A stretch of 64,000 nucleotides of DNA from Octopus sinensis (GCF_006345805.1 NC_043000.1:87544001-87608000), one strand, 5' to 3'; shown: positions 25,511-39,327, counted from the stretch's first letter. Numbers and translations: made by a program. The notes: generated by a model from the sequence alone, not told the origin.

Positions 25511-26315
25511 ATATGTAAACATACATGCATACATACATGCCAACATACACACATGCATACATATGTACATACGTGCTTACATACACAGACGCCTATATAT
25601 CAGTATATGTGAATGTGTTCTATCTATCTATCTATCTATCTATCTATATATCTATCTGTCTGTCTGTCTGTCTATCTATCTATTTATCGATCTAGCTGCG
25701 TGTATGTGTGTGTGTTGGGTGTTAGAAATAGTAAAAGCCTTGGAAGAATAGTGTATATTTAAAAACGGAAAGAATGATTTATTTGATGGTTATTAATTTC
25801 CTATTTAATGATAAAGTGTTTTGAAATCTTAACTATTTCTTTAGTGATCAAAAGATTCAAGAAACTTGTGATGTGAGTCTTAGATTTCCAAGCTGAAATC
25901 ATTCTTCAAAGTGGTCTTATTTCACATCAGAATTCTTTTAATATAGGTTGGGTAAAGCATCTTTCTTTCTTTCTTTCTTTCTTTCTGTCTCAGTATAAAT
26001 TTATTTTTGAAGCTGAAAATCACAAAAATAGGCTTCTGAAACACTTGACTTTCGCGTATAATACTTGTCAAATTACATTCCAGTACACACCTTATATGCA
26101 TAGATAAACATATAAAGATTATTTTTGAAAATATTGAAATGAAGGGATGTGGCCTAGCAGTTAAGGAGTTGGGCTTACGATCACAAGTCGTGGGTTCAAT
26201 TCCTTGAACGAAATATTTCAGTTCACGTTTGTCCAGTCAGCAAAAATTATTTGCAGGCTAACATTTGAGCAAATTTTCTTCCCTCTATCTGAAACACTGT
26301 CTGTCTGTCGAGAGT

Positions 26316-27424
26316 CATCTCTAAAGTAAATAGAGACCGTCATTTTTGAAAGATATATTTCTAGATACAAAGTAATATCATTTGGTGCATTTAGACACTC
26401 TAGAATTAGAGAGACGTGCCTTGTGCAATTTTTAAATATTTAGACAGTTTGGGTATCATATTAATGTGTTCAGAAAATGGCTTTTGTGGAATTTCTGCGC
26501 AGGCTCCACATATGTTCAATAAATTTGCCTTTGATGTTGGTTCTCGTGCCTTGTTTTCGCACTACTCTCTCCTGTGTGCTCCAATAGTGTTCAGTGCGGT
26601 TAATATGAAAAACTGGTTTAGCTAAGAAACTCTTCTGATTTCATTTTTTTCCTGCCAGTCACTGATCCTTTGGGTTGTGTGGCAAGGAGCACCACCGTCC
26701 ATAAATAAGGTTACTTGTTTTTACCATTTCACCACTGGAGAAAATTGGGAGAAGTGCTTCTCCGAGGCTGGTGTTGTATTTTTCCTTGCTTATGTTGCCA
26801 ATACAATCCACCTGTTCTAGACAACTAATACTCCGCACAATCACTGAAAATCCATCTTGTTTCACAGTTTGTTGTAGTTGCTTTAAATCATACACCTGAT
26901 TAGGCCGTCGTCAGACCCACAAACATTCAGTGTCAAAAATTGTGCAAATCTTCATTCGTCCGAGAAAATTACAGTTTTCCAGAATCCTAGGAATATTTGC
27001 TGGTCAAAGAGGTTTTCTTCTAGCTTCTCTGCATTAGTAAGCTAAATTGTTGGAGATACCTCACAAACGTACTCCGGTTTATTTGAAGTTGCTCAGAGGG
27101 CCAAGGTCGACCTGAGCGGGATTCTGTGACTCCTTTCCTTAGCAGGAAAATTGTATAATGATTTTGTTCACTGTGGTAAGAGAAATTCCAAGGTTTTGAG
27201 CAGTCTTAAGCTGGATTAATTCACCCTCAGATTGACCCACAATATGTTCTGTTTAAAAATCAAACAAGTCTTTTGTTTCTGGTGTCCACAGCGCAGCTTG
27301 TTGCTACAAACAATATAATGTAATTTGAGATGAAAAATAATAATGCATTAGCTAGTTTGAAGCACCAGGTATTGTCCGCACAAATAAAACGGTATAACGA
27401 GCGTCTATTTACATTCGAGACATA
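26316..27424 (-). mobile_element. Tc1-family DNA transposon, decayed
   Basis: TVKQDGFSVIVRSIS..GNISKEKY..EALLP and PTSKANLLNICGACAEIP resemble Tc1 transposase; imperfect TIRs tctctaaagtaaatagagaccgt / cgagcgtctatttacattcgaga. Confidence 0.7.
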
Positions 27425-27572
27425 TGTATACATACATGCATACATACATACATACATACATACATACATACAGTTCAGTTCTATATTTAAGAGATGAGGA
27501 ATTATTTACATTATCTATATTATTTACATTATTTACATTCGACGGATAATTGCCTTCATCTTGTTTGTTGTT

Positions 27573-27617
27573 AACACAACGTTTCGGCTGATATACCCTC
27601 CAGCCTTCTTTAGGTGC
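27573..27617 (-). ncRNA. Minimal hammerhead motif, left arm (G5 deleted)
   Basis: GGCAC-CTAAGA-A-GGCTG-gagggtatat-CAGCC-GAAA-CG-TT-GTGTT. Confidence 0.6.
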
Positions 27618-27671
27618 CTTGGGGAAATTTCGAACCTGGGTTCTCATTCCTAAGGTATTTTTCGATATCAT

Positions 27672-27715
<44 letters not shown>

Positions 27716-27919
27716 TTATTATTATTATTGTTCAGATCACAGCCCACGCTCTTAACCACTACGCCATATGCCCGTGGGCATATGGCGTAGTGGTTAAGAA
27801 CGCGGGCTACTAACCCCAAGAATCCGAGTTCGATTCCAAGCAGTGACCTGAACAACAACAACAATAATAACATCGAAAAATACCTTAGGAATGAGATCTC
27901 AGGTTCGAAATTTCCACAA

Positions 27920-27965
27920 GACACCCGAAGAAGGCTGGAGGGTATATCAGCCGAAACGTTGTGTT
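27920..27965 (+). ncRNA. Minimal hammerhead motif, right arm (U4C)
   Basis: GACAC-CCGAAGA-A-GGCTG-gagggtatat-CAGCC-GAAA-CG-TT-GTGTT. Confidence 0.6.
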
Positions 27966-28857
27966 AACAACAAACAAGATGAGAACAAATATCCGTTGAA
28001 TATAAATAATGTAAATAATATACATACAGTTACTTTACCTAGATTGCAGGTTCAGGTGTTTATACCTGTAATTATTGGGGTACAGGAATATGTAACACAC
28101 TGCCTATGTACCAATCTTGAGAAATTGGCCTTCTCAAAACTAGAAAGGAGAGAGTTGATTCGAGGACTACAGATCCAAGCCATCACTGGAACTGTAAAAA
28201 CTGTAAAACTTTCCAGAAGTTTATCATTTAAGTATATATGCGCATGTCTAGACATGCAATTATATGTATGAAAATACATGCATAAAGCAAACCATACAAA
28301 TCTACACATACACTGAGTCCAAATACTGCACATATACACATACATGCAAAAATACCCTATTGATGCTCTTGAAATTCCAATGAAGGAGGCTTGGATCTAT
28401 GTTACAAGCAATCTCTTACTCTACTGGCAAGAAATTTTGAAATAAAACTGAATAATAACATATATACATACGTACATGCATGCATGCATACATACATACA
28501 TACATACATACATACATACATACATACATACATACATACATACATACATGTGTGTGTGTCTATATGTGTAGAAGAAAGACACATAATTTAATAAAATTTT
28601 CCATTAATCGTCTGCGAAATCTATTAAGCAATTAATCACTAATAAATTCGGAGTATTACACTGAATTATTAAGAATTATAGTGAGATTGACCGGAAGATA
28701 AGTCCAAATAACTAATTGCTTTCGTGTTTTGTATACGAACAGATGTTTTTACGTGCATTATGATCTGTCACTGGCGGAAGTCTGCATTCGTTTCATTTGC
28801 TATTCTCATACTAATTAGGGGGAAGTTTATTTCTTCTAGGAAAAAGCAAAAGTGGTT

Positions 28858-29688
28858 TTTGATTTTGTCGACTACTCAATATACTAGGGTCAGTTGGGCA
28901 CCGTCTGTGAGAAAAACAGCACATGACGCAATTCACTCAGCCAGAAATTTGGAAACGACATGTTGTACTACTTGGCATTCGCGCCGGAAGCTCCAATACG
29001 AACATTTCAGAGTGTTTGGGTGTCAATCTAATGACAGAGCATTCTATTGACATGTACCAAGAGTGATAAAAATCAAACATCCAGTCAGCATCATGGTGTT
29101 TGGAGTGATCACTAATGATGGTGACGCAATGCCTCAATTCATCTTCCTTAGATTCAACAAGGAGGACTACATCAAGTGCCTGGAGGAGGTAGTGCTGCCC
29201 TGGGTCAAGAAGGTGGTTGCTGGAAGACCCTATGCCTGGACTCTGCACCATGCTACACAAGCAGGACTCTGCACCATGCCACACAAGCAGAAGAACCTAG
29301 TCGTAGCTGTCGGACAATTTCTGCCACCACATCACCACTAACATCTGGCCACCTATTTCCCTAGACTGCAACCCTCTTCATTCAATGTGTGGGGCGCAGT
29401 TGAGCGAGAGACCAAGAAAATTGCTTGTAACACCAAAGATGAACTGAAGCCAAAGATAACGGCAGCATTCACCAACTTAAACAAGGAGAATGTCCAGAAG
29501 AGTTGCAGGAGATTCCGGAGTTGTCTGAAGGCTGTGATTGAAGCCAATGGCAATTTTATTGAATAAATCTACTCTTTAGTATTTTAATGATATTTTTATG
29601 TAATTTTGGTAAATATATCTGTTAAAATGAGATGTCTATTATTTTCATTTTTGCGTAATTTAGACGACAATTTATTCACCGCACCTTG
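28858..29688 (+). mobile_element. DD37D (maT-like) Tc1/mariner transposon, 5' TIR lost, internally deleted
   Basis: KHPVSIMVFGVIT; QDSAPCHTSRRT..IWPPISLDCNPL(H) with 37 residues between catalytic positions; 3' TIR gacgacaatttattcaccgcaccttg followed by TA. Confidence 0.85.
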
Positions 29689-30540
29689 TATATATATTTA
29701 ATATTTTGGACTAACGCGTATATGTCGATTAATGTCTTGATATGTTGAGTAGAGCACTGGCACAGTTTGGGCTACCTCGTGTCATCTGCAGTCGGGGTAT
29801 ATTTCCACTGGATCTACTTCAGGAACTCCGCAGTGTTAGTTGAGATAATAATAATAATAATTTCTTAAGTAACGAGAAGATGGATTTGGTATTAATCTTT
29901 ATTTTGTACGGCGTTGATATGGAATGTCTACTATATGATATGGGATATATATATATATATATATTATATAGAATATACTACTATGTTCTAATTTAATCAT
30001 TATTCACTGGAGTTTTTCGTATATGCGTATCAGACATTCGTTGTTCGTTTCGCACGATAGTTTCCCCAAATTTATCTTTATCAATGTTTTCAGGCTATCT
30101 TAGAATCATTTTTAGGATGTGGAGTGGTTTTTACTTCTGTACTGCATCCTTTATAATAGTTGATATGTATTTATATAAACTTAATTAGACTCTCTCCACT
30201 AGAGTTTGATAGAGCATTAGAGCACGACGTGATCACATTCTCATTTGCAACATGGAAATGTAATATGTAAATTTATAGCTTTGTCATATCGGAACTGCAT
30301 CTGATGTTTCGAACGTTGGTTCTTTACCGGCAGAAAAGAAAGAGAGAAGGTAGTATAGTGGAAATGTGAAAAACAAATAGTCAGTGTATAAATACTGGGG
30401 TGATGGAAAAAATGACACAGGAGGAAGGAGAAGAATGAAAACTAGTTGGGAATGGTGTTCTAGGGTGGAGATAAGACAGAATGGGTAGATATCCAGACGC
30501 GTATTTTATCTGTTTATATTTTCCTTTTTACCTTTTTAAA

Positions 30541-30735
30541 GGCAGCGAGCTGGCAGAGTTGCTAGAAGTATTTCATTATTCACATTTTATGTTCAAATTC
30601 CGCCAGGGTCGACTTTGCCTTTCATCCTTCCGGTGTCGATAAAATAAGTACCAGTTGAATACTGCAGTCGATGTGATCGGCTACACTCTCCTCCGAACAT
30701 GTTAGCCTTGTGCCGAAATTTGAAATCAATATTTT
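30541..30735 (+). mobile_element. tRNA-derived SINE, family A
   Basis: ggcagcgagctggcagag..gttcaaattccgccagggtcgactttgcctttcatcc..ataagtaccagttg. Confidence 0.8.
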
Positions 30736-31329
30736 CTCCTCTCGCTATTTATTATCGTGTGCAGTGTCATGTGTTGCAAATGGTCCTTGTCACAAATACG
30801 GAGACATATTTATGTATAATGCATGAACCTATATACCTATGCACAGACACGCACACACACACACACACGCATGTATGTGTGTGTGTGTATGTGTACATCC
30901 ATATATACACACTAACATATACACATATACCTACACATTGATATAGATATTCATCTTTTAATTTTGGTTCTGTCTTCAGGAAGAAATCCATGTGCAAACT
31001 GAAATTTACAGCAAATGATAGTTCTTTACCCTTTCTATTTCCGTTAGTGCCGTATTTTACACTCTTAAATATCTCAATTCCTAATTAAATTATCAACATT
31101 GTTATATCGAATACAGTTTATTTTAACAATAAACCAACTAAGAGTAAAACACAATTAAGAGAAGAGAAGAGAGAGAAGGTGACGTACCATTTTACATTCA
31201 TAATTATATATATATATATTTAAAAAATGAATAAATATATGTGTATATATATATATATGTATGTGTATATGTATGTATGAATGTATATGTATAAATATAT
31301 TATGCACCACACACACACACACATATATA

Positions 31330-31394
<65 letters not shown>

Positions 31395-31645
31395 GATATC
31401 TTTTTTAACAAAGTAAACAACAGGTTGTACGGAGTGCCGCCTGGATAAATCAAAGGTAGAACAGAAGAACACAACAATATATACCTATGCACATACACGA
31501 TAAATGGGCGAAACAACAAGGGCATTCCGGACTTAGACTGATGAGCTATCGTCTGTGAATGATCCGTGTATCTTGTTTTTGTCCTGTTTGCCGTTTGTCG
31601 TGCTATCATCTATTTTTCTCTGTTCTCTCTGTTCAACCTTTTATT

Positions 31646-31701
<56 letters not shown>

Positions 31702-33271
31702 ACACACACACACATATGTATATATATCAAAGCAGGAGGTAACTAAATGTGCCATTACGACAATTTGTTCATCACTACATGTGTACACGTTTTGGTCTAT
31801 AGGCAACGTCTTCATGTCTTCATCTAACATTTTGTGTAATAACTATGAAACTGTTTACTGAATTCAAAGAATTATATTTCAAGAAAGATTATATCTCAAG
31901 AAAAAATCATTGTCTCTGTATGGCTCTTGTATTATGATGTAGGTATTGTCAAAGCTATAAATAGTTCTTGGTACGGATTAAACCCTATGAACAATGGTTT
32001 AAAATGAATATGTATGTGTATGTGTGCTTATGCGTGTACATGTGTGTGTGTGTGTGTGCGCGCGCAGAATTTTCGTGACGTAAACAACGTTAGCCTTGTT
32101 TTCATAAGAGTAAACATAGACAGTTTTATCATATACTCTCTTTCTCTCTCCATATGCTCACACTCGCACACACACACACACACTCACACACACGAATACA
32201 CACAGACAGATATATATATTGTTTATATCTTATTTATATCATAAGAACTTAGAAACTTCGAGAGAGCATGAAATAATTCTTTTTTTTTTTAATTGCATAA
32301 CTCAGTGTAGATAAAGCCTTAAATAATAGCATGTAAATATATCGTGTGATGGTAATAAACATAAGGGACAGGACAAGGAGAGAAATATTTGACAAATATG
32401 GTATTAGTTTAACGCTTCAATGAAAAAGGGGAGTGAAAAGAGAAAAAGTCAGTGTATAAAAAGAGGTAGAAACTACACGGGAAAGCTATTCTATGGAGCA
32501 CTTAAGAATGGAAGAATGGTCGGGTATCTAAATGCATGTATCAAAGTGTATCTGTTTCTAGAAGTAGGTATAAGAAGAAGTAGTGTATGTATGTTAGCGT
32601 AGTATATGGATGTATATAAACGTGTGTAAGTGTGAAAGTATAGTGGCATTGGTTAACGGATGTTTGGGCGTTGAGGTGTATGTAGTTATTAGATATGTAA
32701 TGTGAAAGCATGTATGTGAGGCGGTGTGGATGCGTGTAAAGGAATGTATTGATAGAACACATGTGATGGCAAAGAACGGTGGAAGATGTTATTTATGTGT
32801 GTATAGTGCATAAAAAAGCAAGTAGAGGCGGAAAACGGGTTTTCAAGTGTGCAGTTGCGAACAAAGAGGGAAGGTTTAAATAAAAATTCGAAAATAAGAG
32901 AAAAATACTTGGATTCTGTGATGAGAAGGAAACATTTTTAAAAAAAGCAAAAATATGGTAAAATGTAGAGAGAAATTGTAAGAATGTTCAGAAGATAGTT
33001 AGAATATGCAGGTAAATGAAATAATCAGGATCAAGAAGGTGAAAAAGGCAAATGTTCATACACACATGATGCAGAGAAAAAAAGAAATGGGAGCGGAGGT
33101 GAGAGAGGAATCTAATGGTCTTTTGTTTTAGAGAAGAGAGAGCGTAAGGAGAAGAAAGCAACAGGAGGAGTGGTGTGTCTGTGTGGTGGGTGTTGGCAAA
33201 TTAAAGCGTGAGTAGCGGTCGAGCACAAGTGATGGGCGGGGCGGGGGAAAGAAAGAAATCGGTGTTTCAAA

Positions 33272-33510
33272 GGTATCTATTTCTTTACTACCCACAAGGG
33301 GTTAAACACAGAGTCGACAAACAAGGACAGACAAACGGATTAAGTCTATTACATCGACCCCAGTGCGTAACTGGTACTTAATTTATCGACCCCAAAAGGA
33401 TGAAAGGCAAAGTCGACCTCGGCGGAATTTGAACTCAGAACGTAACGGCAGACGAAATACGGCTACGCATTTCACCCGGCGTGTTAACGTTTCTGCCAGC
33501 TCGTCGCCTT
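33272..33510 (-). mobile_element. tRNA-derived SINE, family A
   Basis: Reverse complement of the family A head and gtcgatgtaat module. Confidence 0.85.
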
Positions 33511-33848
33511 GGCCAGCTCGTTCAAAGGTATCAACTAAAACAAGGGGTGCTCATGTGTAGAAAGATGTGTGTGAGTATGTGTGTGTGTATGCGTGTATGT
33601 GTGTATGGCTGTGCTTGAGTGTACACCAAGTGTAAGTATGTGCATGTTGTATGTGTCAATGTGTGTGTATATATGTTTATTTATATATATGTGTGTATAG
33701 GTCGAGAGAATGAATAGCCAATGACTGAAAAGACACGAGAGTATCAGTGGGTGTACATGTGTGTGTGTGTGCGTATGTGAAGATTAGGTGAGTGTCTCCG
33801 CATATCTGTCTGTGAGTATCAAAAAGGAAAGATGGACAGTAAGCAGAG

Positions 33849-33905
<57 letters not shown>

Positions 33906-34883
33906 AGAAAAATTGGTGAATTAAGGTGTATATATGTGTGTTTAGCTACGTGTATAATTGAAGGATGTGAAGGAGTGAAGGGGAAGGGGTTGCCGAAAAA
34001 GAAGTGTGTGTTTGCGGAATCTGTGTGAATGGTGTGTGTGTGTGCGCGTAAATAAATAGTTGGGTGTAAGGGGCTGGAAGTATGTTTAATTGTCAGAACT
34101 TCGAAATGAAACTTATTTTGATAATTAAATCGGTGGTAAAAGAACAAAATCATTGCATGCTGTTTGTCCTAAATATCTTTCCTGTCAAGTTTATAGAAAC
34201 AATTCTGCCTATGTTTCATTCAGTGTGAACTCTGAAAGCAAGAGTACAAACTCATGGCTACTTGTAGTGTAGATAAAATTTCTATATGACTCTACGAAAA
34301 TATTGTAGTTATTTAGTGATTTGCACTAAGTCGCATGACCGAAAAGAGAAGCAACCATTGATAAAAATGCGTATTCGTTTATCGAAAAGAGGAAGAGAAA
34401 ATATTACATTCACATAACTGTTTTCTTCTTTTCTGGATCGTAGCCATATTGGGTAACAAAACTGCCATGTGTTTATAATCGTTCATATCGACCTTCTGTA
34501 CAATCTCTGGTCCTAATTTTGGTTAACATGCGGGTTAAATGGTTAAAAAACATTTAAGTAAATTGATTGGAAGTGACAACAGTGAAATTCAGTAATTTCA
34601 TGGCACGCTATGGTAAATCGATAGGAAGGACGCTTCTGCTTCCTTTTTCTTTCTGTACAGTTCATTAGTTGAGCAGGAGTATTAAATTGCTATCATATAA
34701 CTGTGTTGGCTATCATTCACCTACACACAGTAGTGTTCGTTGCAGTTTGTTGTATATTGGAGAGGTGTTTTTCAGCTGTTATTTCTGAAATACTTAAGAT
34801 ATCATTGGAAGGTACTATACATGAAGATTCCTTTCGATGCGGTATAATGAGGGCATACTGTTAATTAAATTAAGGGATTTCAC

Positions 34884-35320
34884 GGATCTTTTCGGTTTGA
34901 ACGGCAGTTTTTAACATAATTTCTAGGTAACTAAAAAATTTTAAACTTCGTATACTGGTAGAATGTGTTTATAAAACATCTTTTTCTCTTGGCTTTATTG
35001 AGAAAATTCTATAGTTTGTAAGATATTTGTTGTTTTTTCTTCAATTTCTGCAATTTCAACCAATCACTGACGTCCATTGAGGTAAACAACATTCTGTGCC
35101 GTATGAATATGTCCCTCGTTTAAGAAACAGATTGGGTTTATTTACATTTGTGAAGAAAAAAAGATACCCTTCCCCCCACCCTTAACCCTAATCCTAACCC
35201 TAACTAATCCTAACCCTAAAATAGATTGAAATGCAATAGATCGATACTAGGGTCATAATTATAGGTGACAATTTCATATGACACCGCTAGAAAAAACTGC
35301 CGTTCAAACCGAAAAGATCC
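34884..35320. mobile_element. MITE, 437 bp, 28-bp perfect TIR, 8-bp TSD (Merlin-like by termini)
   Basis: TIR GGATCTTTTCGGTTTGAACGGCAGTTTT at both ends; GATTTCAC duplicated at 34876-34883 and 35321-35328. Confidence 0.9.
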
Positions 35321-36306
35321 GATTTCACCAGTTCATCGTAGGTTCTCTTTACGAAATTATGGAATATCACTGTCGTCACTTTCCTCACTTTACTTACATT
35401 TAAAAAATTTTTTAATGAATGTTAAATCTTATTTCATCGATTTTATAATATAGAAATTGCAAAGTGTTTATTGGCGATAGAGGATATAACTCAGACGGAC
35501 ATTAAAACCGCTGGATATTTCTGTTCGAATGCACCGGAGTTTTTTCCTCTCTATTTTTATTGTGTTGAAAGAAGAATAAAAATGTAAAATAAGAAGAGGG
35601 ATTTCTTCTCACTGTAAATTAGTCAGGTCTGAGGTAAAGATTCTGCTTATTGGCAAACGATAGCAGATACAAATTTGATAAGAACTTACCACGAAATACA
35701 TATTCATTTTATGATGTGAAAATATTTCTGATGTTTTGCTCTTTATGCTGAGTTTCATGAAATTTGTGAAATTAGTTATATCACACAGAGAATGTCTTAT
35801 CCTCTATATGTCAGCAATAATGCTATTATTTGGTATCTATTGCTGCGGTGATACTGTTGGAGACTTCAGCGCTTATTGTAATTGTCTTACCAAATCGATG
35901 TTATTAATCATAATTAATACTTATAGTGTCTTTATCGCTGGCATCTCCATTAGAATGTTTTTCATGATCGAACAACCTCTCAAACCCATTCAGAAAAGTA
36001 TATTTTTCAAGGCAACATAACATAAAAATATATTTTACCTAATACCATGTAATAAAGATTTCCACACAGTTTAGCATAGAGCTTTCTTAAGGAATAAATC
36101 ATTATTCCTTATTTTTTCTTTTATCAAAAAGAAAATTGATAGTTGGACAGCAAATCATTTTGAAGTAACTTAAATGTAAATCATTTTACAAATATATTTA
36201 TATATATTTGCATAACAACCAGTGTAATTTAAAAGGGAAATGAAAGATGAGAGAGATATAGCCGAGAGAGAAAAATAAAATAAAACTGTAAAAGCAAAGT
36301 AAAGAT

Positions 36307-36337
<31 letters not shown>

Positions 36338-38859
36338 AGAGAGAGAGCGAGAGAGAGAGAAAGAGAGAGAGAGAGAAAGAGAGAGAGATGAAGAAAGAGA
36401 CCAAAAAGTATGTTAAAGCTAGAGACATTAAAAGAATCACAAAAAGAATAAAAATTCTGATCAGACAGAGTAAGAGACAAGATTACATTTATATGAATGC
36501 TTTTCTCTGTAGATTTACAAAACTTATCATTCCGTGTTTAGTGGTACTTAGTCCTGAATGATCGTTAACAATTTTGTTCATGCAATTTCTATCGGCAGAA
36601 ATATAATGTCTTCAAAGTAATACAAATGAAATATCTATATGTATTTTTTATTCCTTTTCGTGCGCCCAGTACTATTATAAAATTGAATAGGTTTAATAAC
36701 AAACCTAAAATTAAAACAAAACATATATCTTCCATATTTATATAAAATAAAGATATCTTTGTGCGTCGATTTTGACATGCGTGTTAAGAATTTTAAAACA
36801 TCATTCTAATAAACACATAACACTTTTGATCAAAATAGAAGACGCTCGCATTGTAGATTTTCTTTCATATGAATTAAATATTAGTAACGTTCTGTGCTAT
36901 AATTTTAAACAGTTCACTGCTTGTTAAAGCAAAACTGTGCATTGTATTTTTACACACGCAACACCATGTTGTTATAATTAAGTTTTGGCAACTGAGGCTA
37001 CACTTGACATCTGAAACGCTGCGTAATTAATAAATACTTTATTTACTTGCAGAATTGGGTAAAATATTTTCTACGGATCTGGCGACTCCCATTGAGGGGT
37101 GGGTCTTCTGTAACAACTTTATTTCAGTATCTCTAAAAATTTGGGCCAGTCTTAATATACAAAATAACTGATATTGTACTCCAATTACAAGTTGGCATGA
37201 TCGCTAATTAACTCAGGGTCAGCACTACCACAACAGGCTTGTGATGAAAACGGCTCGGCAGTAACCTAACCGTCCTTCTCTAGAGTCAGTTCATATCTAA
37301 GAACATCCAATTTGTCCCTCGATAATACGATATAATTTGTGGGAATGTTGCTACTTCTAGCACATCGTGATATCAAACAGTTTTCGTTTTGGCTCTTCTG
37401 AATGTACAACAGTCTATCCAGTAAACTATGGCTACCCAGGCACCCGTCACAAGAGAAACCCTCCTAGTTTTCTCGAACCAATGATGAACTCTTTTCGAGT
37501 TCACTCAACTGGCAGGATAACTGCAACCAAATGTCCTTCGAGTTATACCGTTCTCTATTTGAAAAAGACTAATTGGATAAGGATATAATTGAAAATGAAC
37601 AGCAAAAAACGGGATGGTCACTACAGAAGCCCCGTTGATCATATGTTTTCTTTATCAGTGCTGATCTGGTTCTAAGCATCGAGAACATTTGTAACACCCA
37701 ATTTTTTCTTACATAAAATATTGAAAAAAAAAACCCTTCCTTATAATTAGATAGAAAATACTACTCTGACGACACGCTTTTTCTCTACATATAAAGATAG
37801 AGGCTACAAGAAACAAAACACGATGAGCTTTAAGCTAAAAGACATTTCACCCAAATATGTACTTCATGCTTCTCTTGTATGGATGAATACATCGACATAT
37901 ACAATGTCACACTTGGCTCTTGTCTATTATTTAGAAAAGAATGTTTTCTGTAGAATAAGCTCTGATCTGATTAAGACAGGAAATCTCTTTATTATACTAA
38001 ATTATATAATCCTGTCGTTGTTTCATATCGATTTTTCCTTATATTTTGTCACATTGCGATTAATACTCAGCAAATTAAATCTTATGTTCCCAAGATAGAT
38101 TTCTTTTGACTACACACAAGGCCAGATGTCGTTTATTCAATAGAAGCAACTATAGTATCTTACTTAAGTTTACACTAAAAATGAATGAAAACGATACCAA
38201 GTCAGACGGTGAACAGAAATTGCAGAAGAAAATGAAAGCTGAATATATAAAACATATCGTTCAATGAACTTATCAATTAAAGTACAAGAGATATTGCATT
38301 ATTTACTGGCGAGATTTAGTGTTAATTTAACAGATCTGCGTTATGCTGTGCATCCACCATCGTCATTTGTCTCCTACATTTAGATGTTTGAATGTTATCA
38401 TTGTCTAGATGTGAACATACTCGCTGTAGGACATTCTTAGCTTGATTCGACATTCAAAAAGACTGCAGATTTAAAACAAAAAACTCACTGAGCCAAAATA
38501 ATCACTTAAAACTTGACATTAGTAACAGGAAACAATTAAACTGTTTTTTGACACTTATTAAAAGTGGTTATTTTTTACTTATTTAAAAAAAACTATTTCC
38601 ACTATCTTATGCCAACTTCCTCAGGTTATGTTTTCCTTTTTTGCACAGAAAATAACCAACAAATGAAAATCAAGAAAGAAATATCAAATGTTATTGTCAG
38701 AAATTGAGAAAAATCAAATCTAAATGCAACTTTCATTGACACTAGTAATTTAATAATGATGATGATGATAAGTGCCCCTGCCACTTCCCTTCCCCAAGCT
38801 TTCACTCATACTGGGTGTGTCTCGGCAAGTGATTGTAACAAACATGCAGATTAAAAGTA

Positions 38860-38902
<43 letters not shown>

Positions 38903-38934
38903 TAATAATAATAATAATAATAAGGTATAGGCAC

Positions 38935-39270
38935 AGCACAGGAAAAGGTCACAGAAAATGTGGAAGCAGCCATACTCTGGGATATGCCAATACACGCAGA
39001 TAGAGAAATCAAGGCCAATAGGCCGGATATAGTTGTTAGAGATCAGCAAGAAAAAATGCTTTCTAATCGTTGTATCAATATAGTAGGACCCTTAGGTATG
39101 ATAAAAAAAAAGACAAATGCATAACAAGGAGCACCAGGGCTTAAAAGTGTATATAACATACAGAAAATAGCACTGCTAGGCACCGCACACATCCTACGTA
39201 AAACACTTTCAAGACAATGAAAATAACAATACCACAACAAGCCACAGCAAAAATCCAAGGCACACAGAGC
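38935..39270 (+). mobile_element. Dong/R4-type LINE 3' end (REL endonuclease)
   Basis: AILWDMPIHADREIKANRPDIVV and IQKIALLGTAHILRKTL; starts immediately after (AAT)n. Confidence 0.85.
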
Positions 39271-39327
39271 TCGCCTCTCTCTTCAAAATCGGTTGCCTTG
39301 TGCCTATATCAACTACTACTACTACTA

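Larger units (their letters stand above)
27470..28022. mobile_element. Head-to-head palindromic element: two SINE-like arms with tRNA-like head and hammerhead-bearing tail
   Basis: 24-bp perfect inverted repeat around a 2-nt spacer (27774-27775); arms stay complementary for roughly 250 bp; right arm has A-box TGGCGTAGTGG and B-box GAGTTCGATTCC. Confidence 0.85.

Noticed and set aside
29745-29835. Imperfect hairpin between cctgaag and ccaaactgtg (minus), as a hammerhead relic
   Set aside because: Both core words are broken and stem I is unsupported; too degenerate to call
35178-35222. Telomeric repeat tract
   Set aside because: Short, degenerate and internal to a MITE; not a chromosome end or fusion site
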